Assembly (NCBI RefSeq): GCF_000828815.1
Contig: NZ_AP014521.1
Location: 1 to 32,000 of the forward strand
Direction: 5' to 3'
Length of the DNA: 32,000 nt
DNA from: Candidatus Tachikawaea gelatinosa
Lineage (GTDB): Bacteria; Pseudomonadota; Gammaproteobacteria; Enterobacterales; Enterobacteriaceae
Notes under the pieces: model-generated
What the model was told of the DNA's origin: nothing
The model's database searches: none
Seen by the model: the letters and a program-made list of their open reading frames with translations, nothing else
Shown: piece by piece, positions 15,303 through 27,671 of the stretch
How positions within the stretch are numbered: the stretch's first letter is position 1
How the letters are laid out: every line of letters starts with the position of its first letter
Translations under genes and position numbers: made by a program

Positions 15303-15533
15303 TTATGGTACTGGATCATAGCCACCTAAATTTAGAGGATGACATCTTAATATACGTTTTATAATTAACCAATTGCCTGTAATAATATTTGATTTTTTTA
15401 ATGCTTGTAATGCATATTCAGAACAAGTTGGTTGAAAACGACAATGAGGGCCAAGCATAGGACTAATAATTTTTTTATATAAAAAAATTAAAATAATTTC
15501 TATTTTTTTTATATTTTTTGTAAGTAATACCAC
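15303..15533 (-). CDS. yidD: Membrane protein insertion efficiency factor YidD
   Basis: The 76-aa product carries [19 protein letters not shown]...[17 protein letters not shown], matching E. coli YidD. The annotated start overlaps the 3' end of rnpA by 25 nt, so the exact start is uncertain. Confidence 0.85.
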   Translation of the reverse strand: MVLLTKNIKKIEIILIFLYKKIISPMLGPHCRFQPTCSEYALQALKKSNIITGNWLIIKRILRCHPLNLGGYDPVP

Positions 15534-15862
15534 ATTTGCTCCATTAAATTAGTAATTTTTTTATTACTAAAATTACAAATATCTTTTTTTATCATAATAA
15601 CAAAATCTACGTTAGGAAGTCGATGTTGAAATAATCGAAAATTTTCTTTAATTAATCTTTTAATACGATTTCTATCATGGGAGTATTTTATATATTTTTT
15701 TCCGATTATAATTCCTATTCTAGGATTCTTAAATAAATTAAATGAAAAAAAAACAGTAATTTCTTTAGTATGTATTTTTTTTGACTGTTTAAAAACGTTA
15801 TAAAAATCTCGTTTTTTTAAAAGTTTTAAATTTTTAGGAAAAGTTAAATTTAAATTTTTCAA
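15509..15862 (-). CDS. rnpA: RNase P protein component
   Basis: The 117-aa product has the RNR motif [15 protein letters not shown] and [10 protein letters not shown]. It sits in the conserved rpmH-rnpA-yidD-yidC-mnmE cluster. Confidence 0.93.
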   Translation of the reverse strand: MKNLNLTFPKNLKLLKKRDFYNVFKQSKKIHTKEITVFFSFNLFKNPRIGIIIGKKYIKYSHDRNRIKRLIKENFRLFQHRLPNVDFVIMIKKDICNFSNKKITNLMEQMWYYLQKI

Positions 15863-15864
15863 AT

Positions 15865-16011
15865 TTATTTACAATCTGAAATTGTTAACCGTGTTCTATT
15901 TTTTAAACGACGATTTGATAAAATTTTACGACCGTTTTTTGTTTTCATGCGTATGCGAAAACCATGTGAACGATTACGTTTAATTAAAGATGGTTGAAAA
16001 GTTCGTTTCAT
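15865..16011 (-). CDS. rpmH: 50S ribosomal protein L34
   Basis: [42 protein letters not shown] is the canonical L34 sequence. The track ORF (to 16077) adds 22 non-homologous residues; the internal ATG at 16011 gives the normal product of about 48 aa. Confidence 0.95.
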   Translation of the reverse strand: MKRTFQPSLIKRNRSHGFRIRMKTKNGRKILSNRRLKNRTRLTISDCK

Positions 16012-16049
16012 TAAATTTTTATTCCAATGTTGAAAAAATAAATAATTAC

Positions 16050-16077
16050 AGGATACTATCCTGACAATAAATGTCAA
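16050..16077 (-). promoter_or_regulatory. Candidate promoter for rpmH-rnpA
   Basis: On the minus strand, a perfect TTGACA (16077-16072), a 16-nt spacer and TATCCT (16055-16050) lie about 40 nt upstream of the rpmH ATG. The 7-bp palindrome CAGGATA-C-TATCCTG (16049-16063) overlaps the spacer and the -10 element. Confidence 0.3.
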
Positions 16078-16280
16078 TTATCTTATGATATTTAATACAT
16101 AGTATTAAAAATATAATATTATTAGTGTACTTAACATTTATGAAAAGTTTTTGATCTTGATATTTACATATAATATATTTTGATTACTTGTATAAATTTT
16201 TTAATAATTAATAAAGCTTAAAATAAATTTATATAGATTGTACAATGAAATATCAATAATAAAAAAGCTTTTAGATATGT

Positions 16281-17384
16281 ATGAAATTTGTTATAGAACG
16301 TAATAATTTTACAAAATCTTTACAAAAAATTGTGAGATTAGTCGTATCACGTCCTCTATTTCCTATTCTTAATAATGTTTTATTAAAAACTGAAGAAAAC
16401 AATTTATTATTAACTGTTACTGATTTAGAAATAGAGCTTATTGCAAAAATTGAATTATACGAAATTTATGAATATGGAGAAATAAGTGTTTCAGCAAAAA
16501 AGCTCTTTAATATTTGTCGATCTTTTTCTGAAAATATCAAAATAACCCTTTCTTTACAAAAGAATATTATTTTTTTATCATTTAAAAATAGTCGTTTTTC
16601 TCTTGCTACTTTACCAGCAAAAGAGTTTCCATATTTAGAAAAGTGGGAATGCAAACAAAAACTTTTTGTTGATAAAGAAAAATTTAAAAAAATCATTGAA
16701 TCTACTTTTTTTTCTATGGCGAATCAAGATATACGTTATTATTTAAATGGTATGTTTTTTTTATTTGAAAAGAATAAATTACAAGTTGTAGCAACTGATG
16801 GGCATCGCATGTCAATTAATTCAATGCCTATTAACGATTTTTATGATAAATATTCTATTATTGTTCCTCGTAAAGCGATTATAGAACTTTTATATTTATT
16901 AAAAAGTTTTCATGAAGAAATAATAGAAATTAAAATTGGTAAAAGTAATATTCGTATTTATATAGGAAACATCATTTTTACTTCAAAATTAGTAGATGGC
17001 AATTTTCCAGATTACAATACATTTTTATCAAATATTCCAACAAAAACTATGGATATTAATCGTTTATTGTTTAAAGAAGCTTTATTACGAATATCAATTC
17101 TTTCTAATGAAACAAATAACAGTATAACTTTAGATATAAAAAAAAATTTATTAAGCATTTTCTCTAGTAATTCTATTCAAGAAAAAGGAGAAGAAGTATT
17201 AAAAATTTATTATAATTATGACAACTTCAAAATTGCTTTTAATGTTAGTTATATGATTGACATTTTACATACATTAGATTGTCAAAATGTACGTTTATTA
17301 TTTACTGATGAATTATCTAGCATAAAAATTATTGATATTAATAATCCATTTTTATTTTATATCATTATGCCAATTAGATTATAA
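16281..17384 (+). CDS. dnaN: DNA polymerase III beta sliding clamp
   Basis: The 367-aa product (E. coli 366) has MKFVIER, RPLFPILNNVLL, LTVTDLEIE, YYLNGMFF, VATDGHRM and the C-terminal MPIRL (E. coli MPMRL). Confidence 0.96.
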   Translation: MKFVIERNNFTKSLQKIVRLVVSRPLFPILNNVLLKTEENNLLLTVTDLEIELIAKIELYEIYEYGEISVSAKKLFNICRSFSENIKITLSLQKNIIFLSFKNSRFSLATLPAKEFPYLEKWECKQKLFVDKEKFKKIIESTFFSMANQDIRYYLNGMFFLFEKNKLQVVATDGHRMSINSMPINDFYDKYSIIVPRKAIIELLYLLKSFHEEIIEIKIGKSNIRIYIGNIIFTSKLVDGNFPDYNTFLSNIPTKTMDINRLLFKEALLRISILSNETNNSITLDIKKNLLSIFSSNSIQEKGEEVLKIYYNYDNFKIAFNVSYMIDILHTLDCQNVRLLFTDELSSIKIIDINNPFLFYIIMPIRL

Positions 17385-17437
17385 TAAAGTTAATTCTTAT
17401 ATATAAAATTTAGAAAACTTATATATAAAATAAATAG

Positions 17438-19870
<2,433 letters not shown>

Positions 19871-19895
19871 AAACTTTTAAAAGTTTTTAAAGATG

Positions 19896-19934
19896 ATATA
19901 TCTATCTAAAAGACATTTTTTTAGATAGATATAT
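19896..19934 (+). terminator. Hairpin downstream of gyrB (candidate intrinsic terminator)
   Basis: A perfect 16-bp inverted repeat, ATATATCTATCTAAAA (19896-19911) and TTTTAGATAGATATAT (19919-19934), has a 7-nt loop. It starts 26 nt after the gyrB stop. The trailing tract is T-rich but interrupted. Confidence 0.45.
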
Positions 19935-20205
19935 TCTATATTTATTCTAAAAAAACATTTGATTCTTTAAAAATAAAATGTTTTTTGAGATTATTTAATG
20001 GAATTTTTTATATTTATTCACTCTTATGAAAATTAACAAATTATATTTATATTGTTTTAATACATTTGCTTGTATGGTATTTCTTATTTACTAAAATAGT
20101 ATTATTTAATCCCTCCTTTTTTAGTTGTTTTTTCAGTTACTAATTCATTTTAAATACATTAATTTTTAAAAAATTTCATTTATATAGAATATTTAAGGAA
20201 AAATA

Positions 20206-22479
20206 ATGACCATTGTAAATCATATACTTGGTTTTCCACGTATTGGATTAAATCGCGAACTAAAAAAAGCACAAGAAATTTATTGGAATAATAAGATTTC
20301 AAAAGAGGATTTGTTTTTAGTTGGTTATAAACTTCGAAAACATCATTGGAATTTACAAAAAAAATCTGGTATTGATTTAATATCAGTCGGAGACTTTGCA
20401 TGGTATGATCATGTTTTAACTACTAGCTTAATGTTAGGAAATATTCCTAAACGTTATAAAAATAATGAAAATATTGATATTGATACTATTTTTAAAATAG
20501 GGCGAGGTTTTACTACTAAAGAAGGTCAATCTATTCCAGCATCTGAAATGAAAAAATGGTTTAATACTAATTATCATTATATAGTGCCAGAATTTTATAA
20601 AAATCAAAAATTTGAATTTATTTGGACTCAGTTATTTGATGAAATAGATGAAGCAAAAAAAATTGGATATCGAGTAAAACCAGTTATATTAGGACCATTA
20701 ACTTATCTTTGGTTAGGAAAAATGGTAGGAGAAAAAACAAAATCTGACCGATTATCCTTGCTATCTGAATTAATTCCTGTTTATCAAAAAATTATTTATG
20801 AATTAGAAAAACGTAAAATTGAATGGATACAAATAGATGAACCTATATTAGTTTTAGAACTATCTCAAGATTGGAAAAAATGTTTTAAACAAGTTTATGA
20901 AGCTTTATATAATAAAAATATTAAAATACTAATAACAACTTATTTTGATAGTATCAATCATAATATAGATATTATTAATCAATTGCCTATTCAAGGTTTA
21001 CATGTTGATTTAATTTATGGTAAATATGATATTAATAACCTCAAACAATCAATTCCTGAAAATTGGATTTTATCTTTAGGAATAATAAATGGACGTAATG
21101 TTTGGCGATCTGATTTAATCAAAATTTTTAAAGATTTTTTTCCGATTATCAATAAATATAAAAATATTTGGATTGGACCATCATGTTCATTCTTACATAT
21201 ACCTATTGATATTAATGCAGAAAATAATTTTGATAAAAAAACACAACAATTATTTTCTTTTGCTATACAAAAATGTGAAGAAATTGCATGTTTAAGTCTT
21301 GCTTTAAAAGAAAATAATATAAAATATTTAGAACAATGGGAAAATGTTAGTTTTTTACAAAAATCTTTACATGTTAAAAATAAAAAAATATATGATAGAA
21401 TTGCTAATATTAATATATATGATATAAAACGAAAAAATTCTTATAATATCCGTTCTATCAAACAAAAAAATAAATTAAAGTTACCGTTATTACCGACTAC
21501 AACTATTGGATCTTTCCCTCAAACAACAGAAATAAGAAAAACACGCTTTGATTTTAAAACAAATCAAATTAATAGCGAACAATATAATCATATGATGAAT
21601 AATCATATTAAGAACATTATTAAAAAACAAGAAAAAATTGGATTAGATGTATTAGTTCATGGAGAACCCGAAAGAAATGATATGGTTGAATATTTTAGTG
21701 AAAATTTAGAAGGTTTTTTAATTACAAATAATGGTTGGGTGCAAAGTTATGGTTCAAGATGTGTAAAACCTCCTATTATTATTAGTGATATTTATAGATC
21801 TAAACCTATTACTATTAAATGGACTAATTATGCACAATCTTTAACAAAAAAACCAATAAAAGGTATGTTAACTGGTCCAGTTACTATTCTACTTTGGTCA
21901 TTCCCTCGTGAAGATATTTCCTATGAATTAATTGCAAAACAAATTGCATTAGCATTACGAGATGAAGTAAAAGATTTAGAAAAATCTGGAATTAGCATTA
22001 TTCAAATTGATGAACCTGCATTAAGAGAGGGATTACCTCTTCATAAGTCTGCATGGAAAAATTATTTAATGTGGGCAGTAAATTCCTTTAAATTGAGTGC
22101 TTGTGTAGTTAAAGATACCACTCAAATTCACACGCATATGTGTTATTGTGAATTTAATGACATTATGGAATCAATATCTTTACTAGATGTAGATGTAATT
22201 ACAATTGAAAATTCTCGTTCTAATGAAAATTTATTAAATATTTTTAAAAAAAATAAATACTTTAAAGATATTGGTCCAGGAATTTATGATGTGCATTCTA
22301 TGAATATTCCAAGTGTTATTGATTTTGAACACTGTATTAGCAAAATAACGAAATACATACCAAAAAATCAATTATGGATAAATCCAGATTGTGGTTTAAA
22401 AACAAGAAATTGGAAAGAAACATATATAGCATTAAAAAATATGGTCACTGCAACAAAAAATTTTCGTAAAAAACTTTAA
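20206..22479 (+). CDS. metE: Cobalamin-independent methionine synthase (5-methyltetrahydropteroyltriglutamate--homocysteine methyltransferase)
   Basis: The 757-aa product (E. coli 753) has ILGFPRIG..RELKKA at the N-terminus. The C-terminal domain has TTTIGSFPQT, HGEPERNDMVEYF and the zinc ligands in HTHMCYCEF and NPDCGLKTR. An AAGGA ribosome-binding site precedes the ATG. Confidence 0.96.
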   Translation: MTIVNHILGFPRIGLNRELKKAQEIYWNNKISKEDLFLVGYKLRKHHWNLQKKSGIDLISVGDFAWYDHVLTTSLMLGNIPKRYKNNENIDIDTIFKIGRGFTTKEGQSIPASEMKKWFNTNYHYIVPEFYKNQKFEFIWTQLFDEIDEAKKIGYRVKPVILGPLTYLWLGKMVGEKTKSDRLSLLSELIPVYQKIIYELEKRKIEWIQIDEPILVLELSQDWKKCFKQVYEALYNKNIKILITTYFDSINHNIDIINQLPIQGLHVDLIYGKYDINNLKQSIPENWILSLGIINGRNVWRSDLIKIFKDFFPIINKYKNIWIGPSCSFLHIPIDINAENNFDKKTQQLFSFAIQKCEEIACLSLALKENNIKYLEQWENVSFLQKSLHVKNKKIYDRIANINIYDIKRKNSYNIRSIKQKNKLKLPLLPTTTIGSFPQTTEIRKTRFDFKTNQINSEQYNHMMNNHIKNIIKKQEKIGLDVLVHGEPERNDMVEYFSENLEGFLITNNGWVQSYGSRCVKPPIIISDIYRSKPITIKWTNYAQSLTKKPIKGMLTGPVTILLWSFPREDISYELIAKQIALALRDEVKDLEKSGISIIQIDEPALREGLPLHKSAWKNYLMWAVNSFKLSACVVKDTTQIHTHMCYCEFNDIMESISLLDVDVITIENSRSNENLLNIFKKNKYFKDIGPGIYDVHSMNIPSVIDFEHCISKITKYIPKNQLWINPDCGLKTRNWKETYIALKNMVTATKNFRKKL

Positions 22480-22512
22480 TAAATAATAAATATCATATAA
22501 TAATAATTAATG

Positions 22513-22548
22513 TCAGCAGATTTCAAAGAAATTCTGCTGATTTATATA
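22513..22548 (+). terminator. Candidate intrinsic terminator downstream of metE
   Basis: TCAGCAGA (22513-22520) pairs with TCTGCTGA (22533-22540), with further A-T pairs inside the loop, and is followed by TTTATATA. This is a GC-containing stem in an otherwise A/T spacer, 34 nt after the metE stop. Confidence 0.55.
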
Positions 22549-22646
22549 CATTTATTTTAATATTTAATGAAAGAAATAAGATTACTAATATAAAAAAAAT
22601 TATAAAATACTTTTTATAAAGAAAAATGTAATAAATATTAAAATAA

Positions 22647-24089
22647 ATGAATAAAACATTCATCATATATCCTTTATTAATTTTATTAAGTATTAGTTTG
22701 ACATTAATTTTTTCGTATTTTCGTATTCAGTATTTGAAAAAATATTTTTTTTATAAATATCGTTTTTTAAAAAAAAATGAAAATATCTTCGAAAAGAAAT
22801 ATGATCTTCAAAGAAAATTTTTAGAAAAACAAGAAAAAGAATTGCTAAATTTAAAAAATTGTTTATTACAAAAAGATGAAAAAATACAAGAATTAAAATA
22901 TTGGCGTAAAGAATATGAACAAATATGTCAAAAATTGCAAGAACAAGTAGAAATAAATAATATACAAGAAACTGAATTACGAGAATCTATTAATCATATT
23001 CAAGAAATAAAATTTGATAAAAAAGCACATAAAAATCTATTGTTTGAAAGTGAACAAAGAACAATTAATAAATTTGAAAATATCATAAAAGAAAAATTAG
23101 TGAATAATGATTCTAAAATAGAAGAAAAAAATCAACAAAATTTAAACAATTTTTTTATTCCATTTAAAGAGCAATTAGAAAGTTTTCGTCGTGAAATCAA
23201 CGATAAATTAGGTCAAGATTCTTGTGAACGTAACATATTAAAGTATGAAATAAATCAATTACAGCAATTAAACAGTCAAATCACAAAAGAAACTATTAAT
23301 CTTACTAAAGCTTTAAAAGGAGATATTAAAACACAAGGTAATTGGGGAGAAACTGTTTTAAGTCGCGTTCTTGAATGTTCTGGATTAAGAGAAGGTTATG
23401 AATATGAAAAACAAGTAACTATTCATCTTAAAGATAAAAATCGTATACAACCAGATATTATTGTACGTCTACCTCAAGGTAGAGATGTTGTTATAGATGC
23501 TAAAACAACTCTTATTGCTTACGAAAAATATTTTAACACAGACGATAAGCTAATTCGTGAAAAAGCTCTTCAAGAACACATAAAATCAATTCGTAATCAT
23601 ATTCGATTATTAAGTAGCAAGAATTATCAAAAATCTCCTGGATTAAGATCATTAGATTATGTATTAATGTTTATTTCAATAGAACCAGCGTTTTTATTAG
23701 CCATTAATCATCAACCAGATTTATTAAATGAAGCTTTACAACAAAATGTTATGTTAGTAAGCCCAACTACTTTATTAGTTGCATTAAAAACTATAAATAA
23801 TCTTTGGAAATCAGAATATCAAAACAGGAATTCTCAATTAATTGCTAAGCGTGCATCTCGTCTTTATGACAAAATTCGATTATTTGTTGATGATATTATA
23901 AATATTGGACAAAATATTGATAAAGCACAAAAAAGTTATGAAAATGCTTTAAAAAAACTAATTCAAGGACGAGGAAATCTCATTTCACAAACTGAAAATT
24001 TTAAAAAGTTAGGTGTTGAAATTAAAAGTTCTATTAACCAAAAAATTTTAAATCAAACAGAATTTTGGAAAGAAGATAACTTAAAATGA
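22647..24089 (+). CDS. rmuC: DNA recombination protein RmuC
   Basis: The 480-aa product (E. coli 475) has an N-terminal TM helix, a long coiled coil, and the conserved RmuC core (TQGNWGE, PDIIVRLPQGRDVVIDAKT, DYVLMFI, VMLVSPTTLL). It sits between metE and tatA, as rmuC does in E. coli. Confidence 0.9.
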   Translation: MNKTFIIYPLLILLSISLTLIFSYFRIQYLKKYFFYKYRFLKKNENIFEKKYDLQRKFLEKQEKELLNLKNCLLQKDEKIQELKYWRKEYEQICQKLQEQVEINNIQETELRESINHIQEIKFDKKAHKNLLFESEQRTINKFENIIKEKLVNNDSKIEEKNQQNLNNFFIPFKEQLESFRREINDKLGQDSCERNILKYEINQLQQLNSQITKETINLTKALKGDIKTQGNWGETVLSRVLECSGLREGYEYEKQVTIHLKDKNRIQPDIIVRLPQGRDVVIDAKTTLIAYEKYFNTDDKLIREKALQEHIKSIRNHIRLLSSKNYQKSPGLRSLDYVLMFISIEPAFLLAINHQPDLLNEALQQNVMLVSPTTLLVALKTINNLWKSEYQNRNSQLIAKRASRLYDKIRLFVDDIINIGQNIDKAQKSYENALKKLIQGRGNLISQTENFKKLGVEIKSSINQKILNQTEFWKEDNLK

Positions 24090-24210
24090 TAATTAATAAA
24101 ATATAAAGATTTCTAAAAAAGAAAATTATATTTTTATTATATATAAATGTAAAATTTGTTAGTTATTAAAAAAAATTAATGAAAAATCAATAATAAAATA
24201 GGTGAATTTT

Positions 24211-24441
24211 ATGGGAAAAATTAGTATTGGAAAATTGTTAATTGTTGCTGTTATTATTTTACTTGTGTTTGGTACTAAAAGATTACGTAATCTAGGATCT
24301 GATTTAGGAACATCCATTAAAGATTTTAAAAAAGCAATGCGTGAAGAAGATGTGCAAGATCATAAAAAAAATCATATAAATAAAGAAAATATTAATTATG
24401 ATAAGAATCATATAGAAACAGAAAAAAACAAAATTAATTAA
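24211..24441 (+). CDS. tatA: Twin-arginine translocase subunit TatA
   Basis: [43 protein letters not shown] matches E. coli TatA ([43 protein letters not shown]). The track ORF starts at the GTG at 24202. The ATG at 24211 lies 5 nt after an AGGTGA ribosome-binding site and reproduces the E. coli N-terminus. Confidence 0.92.
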   Translation: MGKISIGKLLIVAVIILLVFGTKRLRNLGSDLGTSIKDFKKAMREEDVQDHKKNHINKENINYDKNHIETEKNKIN

Positions 24442-24470
24442 CAATAATTATTTTATAAATAGGTATAAAT

Positions 24471-24815
24471 ATGTTTAATATTAGTATTAGTAAAATTTTT
24501 TTAGCTTTATTAATTGGTTTAGTTGTTTTAGGTCCAAAAAAATTTCTTTCTGCTTTTAAATGTATAATATTTTTTTTTAAAAAAATACGTCTTTTACTAA
24601 TTAATACAAGAAATGAGTTTGAAAAATATTCTACAATGCAAGAATTACAAAACAATATAAATCAAATTAGCAATATAAAAAATAATAATATGATATTTAA
24701 TGAACTAATAAATTGTGTTAATGATTTAAAAAAAGAAATCCATTACTTTCATTTAAAAAATAAAAGCTATTTTTCTAACAATACTTATAAAGATGAACAT
24801 AATGTACAAATATAA
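24471..24815 (+). CDS. tatB: Twin-arginine translocase subunit TatB (shortened C-terminus)
   Basis: [24 protein letters not shown] matches the E. coli TatB [24 protein letters not shown]. The product is 114 aa against 171 in E. coli, so the non-essential C-terminal tail is lost or divergent. Confidence 0.85.
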   Translation: [114 protein letters not shown]

Positions 24816-24894
24816 GAACATGAATTTTATAAAACTTTATTAATAAAATATCATTAAAACTTTTAAAAAAGTTTTAAAATAATTTGAATAAAAA

Positions 24895-25614
24895 ATGAGC
24901 TTAAAAACGCAATCTATTATCGATCATTTACTTGAATTAAGAAAACGTATTATTAACTGTTTAATTACAGTTTTATTATTTTTTTTATTTTTAATATGTT
25001 TTTCTAATAATATATATATCATAATTGCTAGTCCTTTGATAAAAAAAATGCCGCCTGGTACAAGTATGATTTCCACTGATCTTTCTGCTCCATTTTTTGT
25101 TCCAGTTAAATTAACAGTTTTTGTATCTTTTTTTTTAAGCGCACCAATTATAATTTATCAATTTTGGCAGTTTATTGCACCTGCTTTATATAATAATGAG
25201 AAAAAAATAGTTTTTCCTATTTTATTTACAAGTATTTGCTTATTTTATATTGGTGTTATTTTTTCATATTTTTTTATTTTACCGTTTTTTTTTCATTTTA
25301 TAATTAATAATATGCCTACAGGAATTAAAATAGCTACTGATATTGAAAAATATCTTGATTTTATTACATCGCTATTTTTAATTTTTGGTAGTATATTTGA
25401 AGTACCTATTGTTATAGTTATATTATGTTGGGCAAAAGTTTTGCATTTAAAAAAACTTAAAAAAAAACGTTCCTATTTTTTTTTAAGTTCATTTATAATT
25501 AGTATCTTCTTAACTCCTCCAGATATTATTTCTCAAACTTTTCTTGCGATTTTCATTTACTTATTATTCGAGTTAGGTATATTATTCGCTTACTTTTTTT
25601 GTAAAAATTGTTAA
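24895..25614 (+). CDS. tatC: Twin-arginine translocase subunit TatC
   Basis: The 239-aa polytopic membrane protein has IDHLLELRKRIINC, ASPLIKKMPPG, FFVPVKLT, FIAPALY and LTPPDIISQT, matching E. coli TatC. Confidence 0.94.
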   Translation: MSLKTQSIIDHLLELRKRIINCLITVLLFFLFLICFSNNIYIIIASPLIKKMPPGTSMISTDLSAPFFVPVKLTVFVSFFLSAPIIIYQFWQFIAPALYNNEKKIVFPILFTSICLFYIGVIFSYFFILPFFFHFIINNMPTGIKIATDIEKYLDFITSLFLIFGSIFEVPIVIVILCWAKVLHLKKLKKKRSYFFLSSFIISIFLTPPDIISQTFLAIFIYLLFELGILFAYFFCKNC

Positions 25615-25684
25615 AAAGTTTATAAAAAACAACATTTTTTAAAATTTTTAATTATATAAAGTTTATATAAAGTATATAAAAGTA

Positions 25685-25712
25685 TTGTTTTTTTTATTTT
25701 TCAATATATAAT
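25685..25712 (+). promoter_or_regulatory. Candidate rrn promoter (TTGTTT-N16-TATAAT)
   Basis: The -35 element TTGTTT (25685-25690) and the perfect -10 element TATAAT (25707-25712) have a 16-bp spacer, the geometry typical of rrn P1. An A/T-rich UP-like tract lies upstream. The boxA-like element starts about 19 nt downstream of the predicted +1. Chance matches are common in such AT-rich DNA. Confidence 0.4.
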
Positions 25713-25737
25713 GAATATGTTTTTTTTTAATAAAAAC

Positions 25738-25750
25738 TGTTCTTTTATAA
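25738..25750 (+). promoter_or_regulatory. boxA-like antitermination element in the rrn leader
   Basis: TGTTCTTTTATAA matches the E. coli rrn boxA TGCTCTTTAACAA at 10 of 13 positions. It has the same spacing and order relative to the conserved AATCTGTGTGGGCA that follows. Confidence 0.55.
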
Positions 25751-25760
25751 TTAACTAAAT

Positions 25761-25793
25761 AATCTGTGTGGGCATTTTTCAAGGAAATATCTT
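25761..25793 (+). promoter_or_regulatory. rrn leader boxC / 5' half of the 16S RNase III processing stem
   Basis: AATCTGTGTGGGCA is identical to the E. coli rrn leader segment following boxA. The segment 25766-25793 can pair with 27445-27473 downstream of 16S, and the differences are G-U wobbles or single-nucleotide bulges. Confidence 0.65.
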
Positions 25794-25876
25794 CATAAAA
25801 ACAGATATTTTTAATGCATGTTAAAGTTACGTTATATAGTAAGTTTAAAAACATGAATTAAAAGAAAAGTCAATAA

Positions 25877-27434
<1,558 letters not shown>

Positions 27435-27444
27435 ACTTTGTTAA

Positions 27445-27473
27445 AAGGTATTCCTGAAAAGTGCTCACAACAA
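27445..27473 (+). promoter_or_regulatory. 3' half of the 16S RNase III processing stem
   Basis: AAGGTATTCCTGAAAAGTGCTCACAACAA is complementary to leader 25766-25793. It contains GTGCTCACA, which is also found at the corresponding site of the E. coli spacer. Confidence 0.6.
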
Positions 27474-27514
27474 ATTATTTAGTAAATATATTAATGAATA
27501 ATCGTTATATATCA

Positions 27515-27558
27515 TAGTCCTCCTTTTATCGTAAAAGGAGGACTACTTTTATTTTATT
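27515..27558 (+). terminator. Perfect 14-bp hairpin plus U-tract inside the 16S-23S spacer (intrinsic-terminator-like or boxB-like)
   Basis: TAGTCCTCCTTTTA (27515-27528), a TCG loop and TAAAAGGAGGACTA (27532-27545) are followed by CTTTTATTTTATT. This is the strongest secondary-structure signal in any non-rRNA segment of the window. The structure is certain; its function is not. Confidence 0.5.
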
Positions 27559-27587
27559 AAAATATATCAGTTATTTTTTTAGTACAC

Positions 27588-27600
27588 GATCTTTAACATT
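27588..27600 (+). promoter_or_regulatory. boxA-like element in the 16S-23S spacer
   Basis: GATCTTTAACATT resembles the E. coli spacer boxA GCTCTTTAAAAAT and the leader boxA GCTCTTTAACAAT. It is located upstream of the 23S processing stem, as in E. coli. Confidence 0.5.
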
Positions 27601-27671
27601 TTTGGCAAATCAAAATATTCAACAAAAAACGCTGTATAGATAAATGTTGAATAGCATACAACATATTAAAA

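Noticed and set aside
17396-17431. A 14-nt perfect direct repeat, CTTATATATAAAAT, occurs twice (17396-17409 and 17418-17431) in the dnaN-gyrB spacer.
   Set aside because: It is a low-complexity TATA-type sequence in an AT-rich spacer. It may simply provide -10-like elements for gyrB. There is no evidence for a binding-site array or a mobile-element scar.
25719-25737. A weak hairpin, GTTTTT...AAAAAC, lies immediately upstream of the leader boxA. It could be boxB.
   Set aside because: It has only six A-U/G-C pairs, five of which are A-U. That is indistinguishable from chance in this composition, so it is mentioned only as compatible with a boxB-boxA-boxC layout.
25663-25854. A 63-aa minus-strand ORF lies between tatC and 16S.
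   Set aside because: It overlaps the rrn promoter, boxA, boxC and leader on the opposite strand. Its composition is low-complexity N/K/I/Y-rich, it has no ribosome-binding site, and it resembles nothing I recognise.
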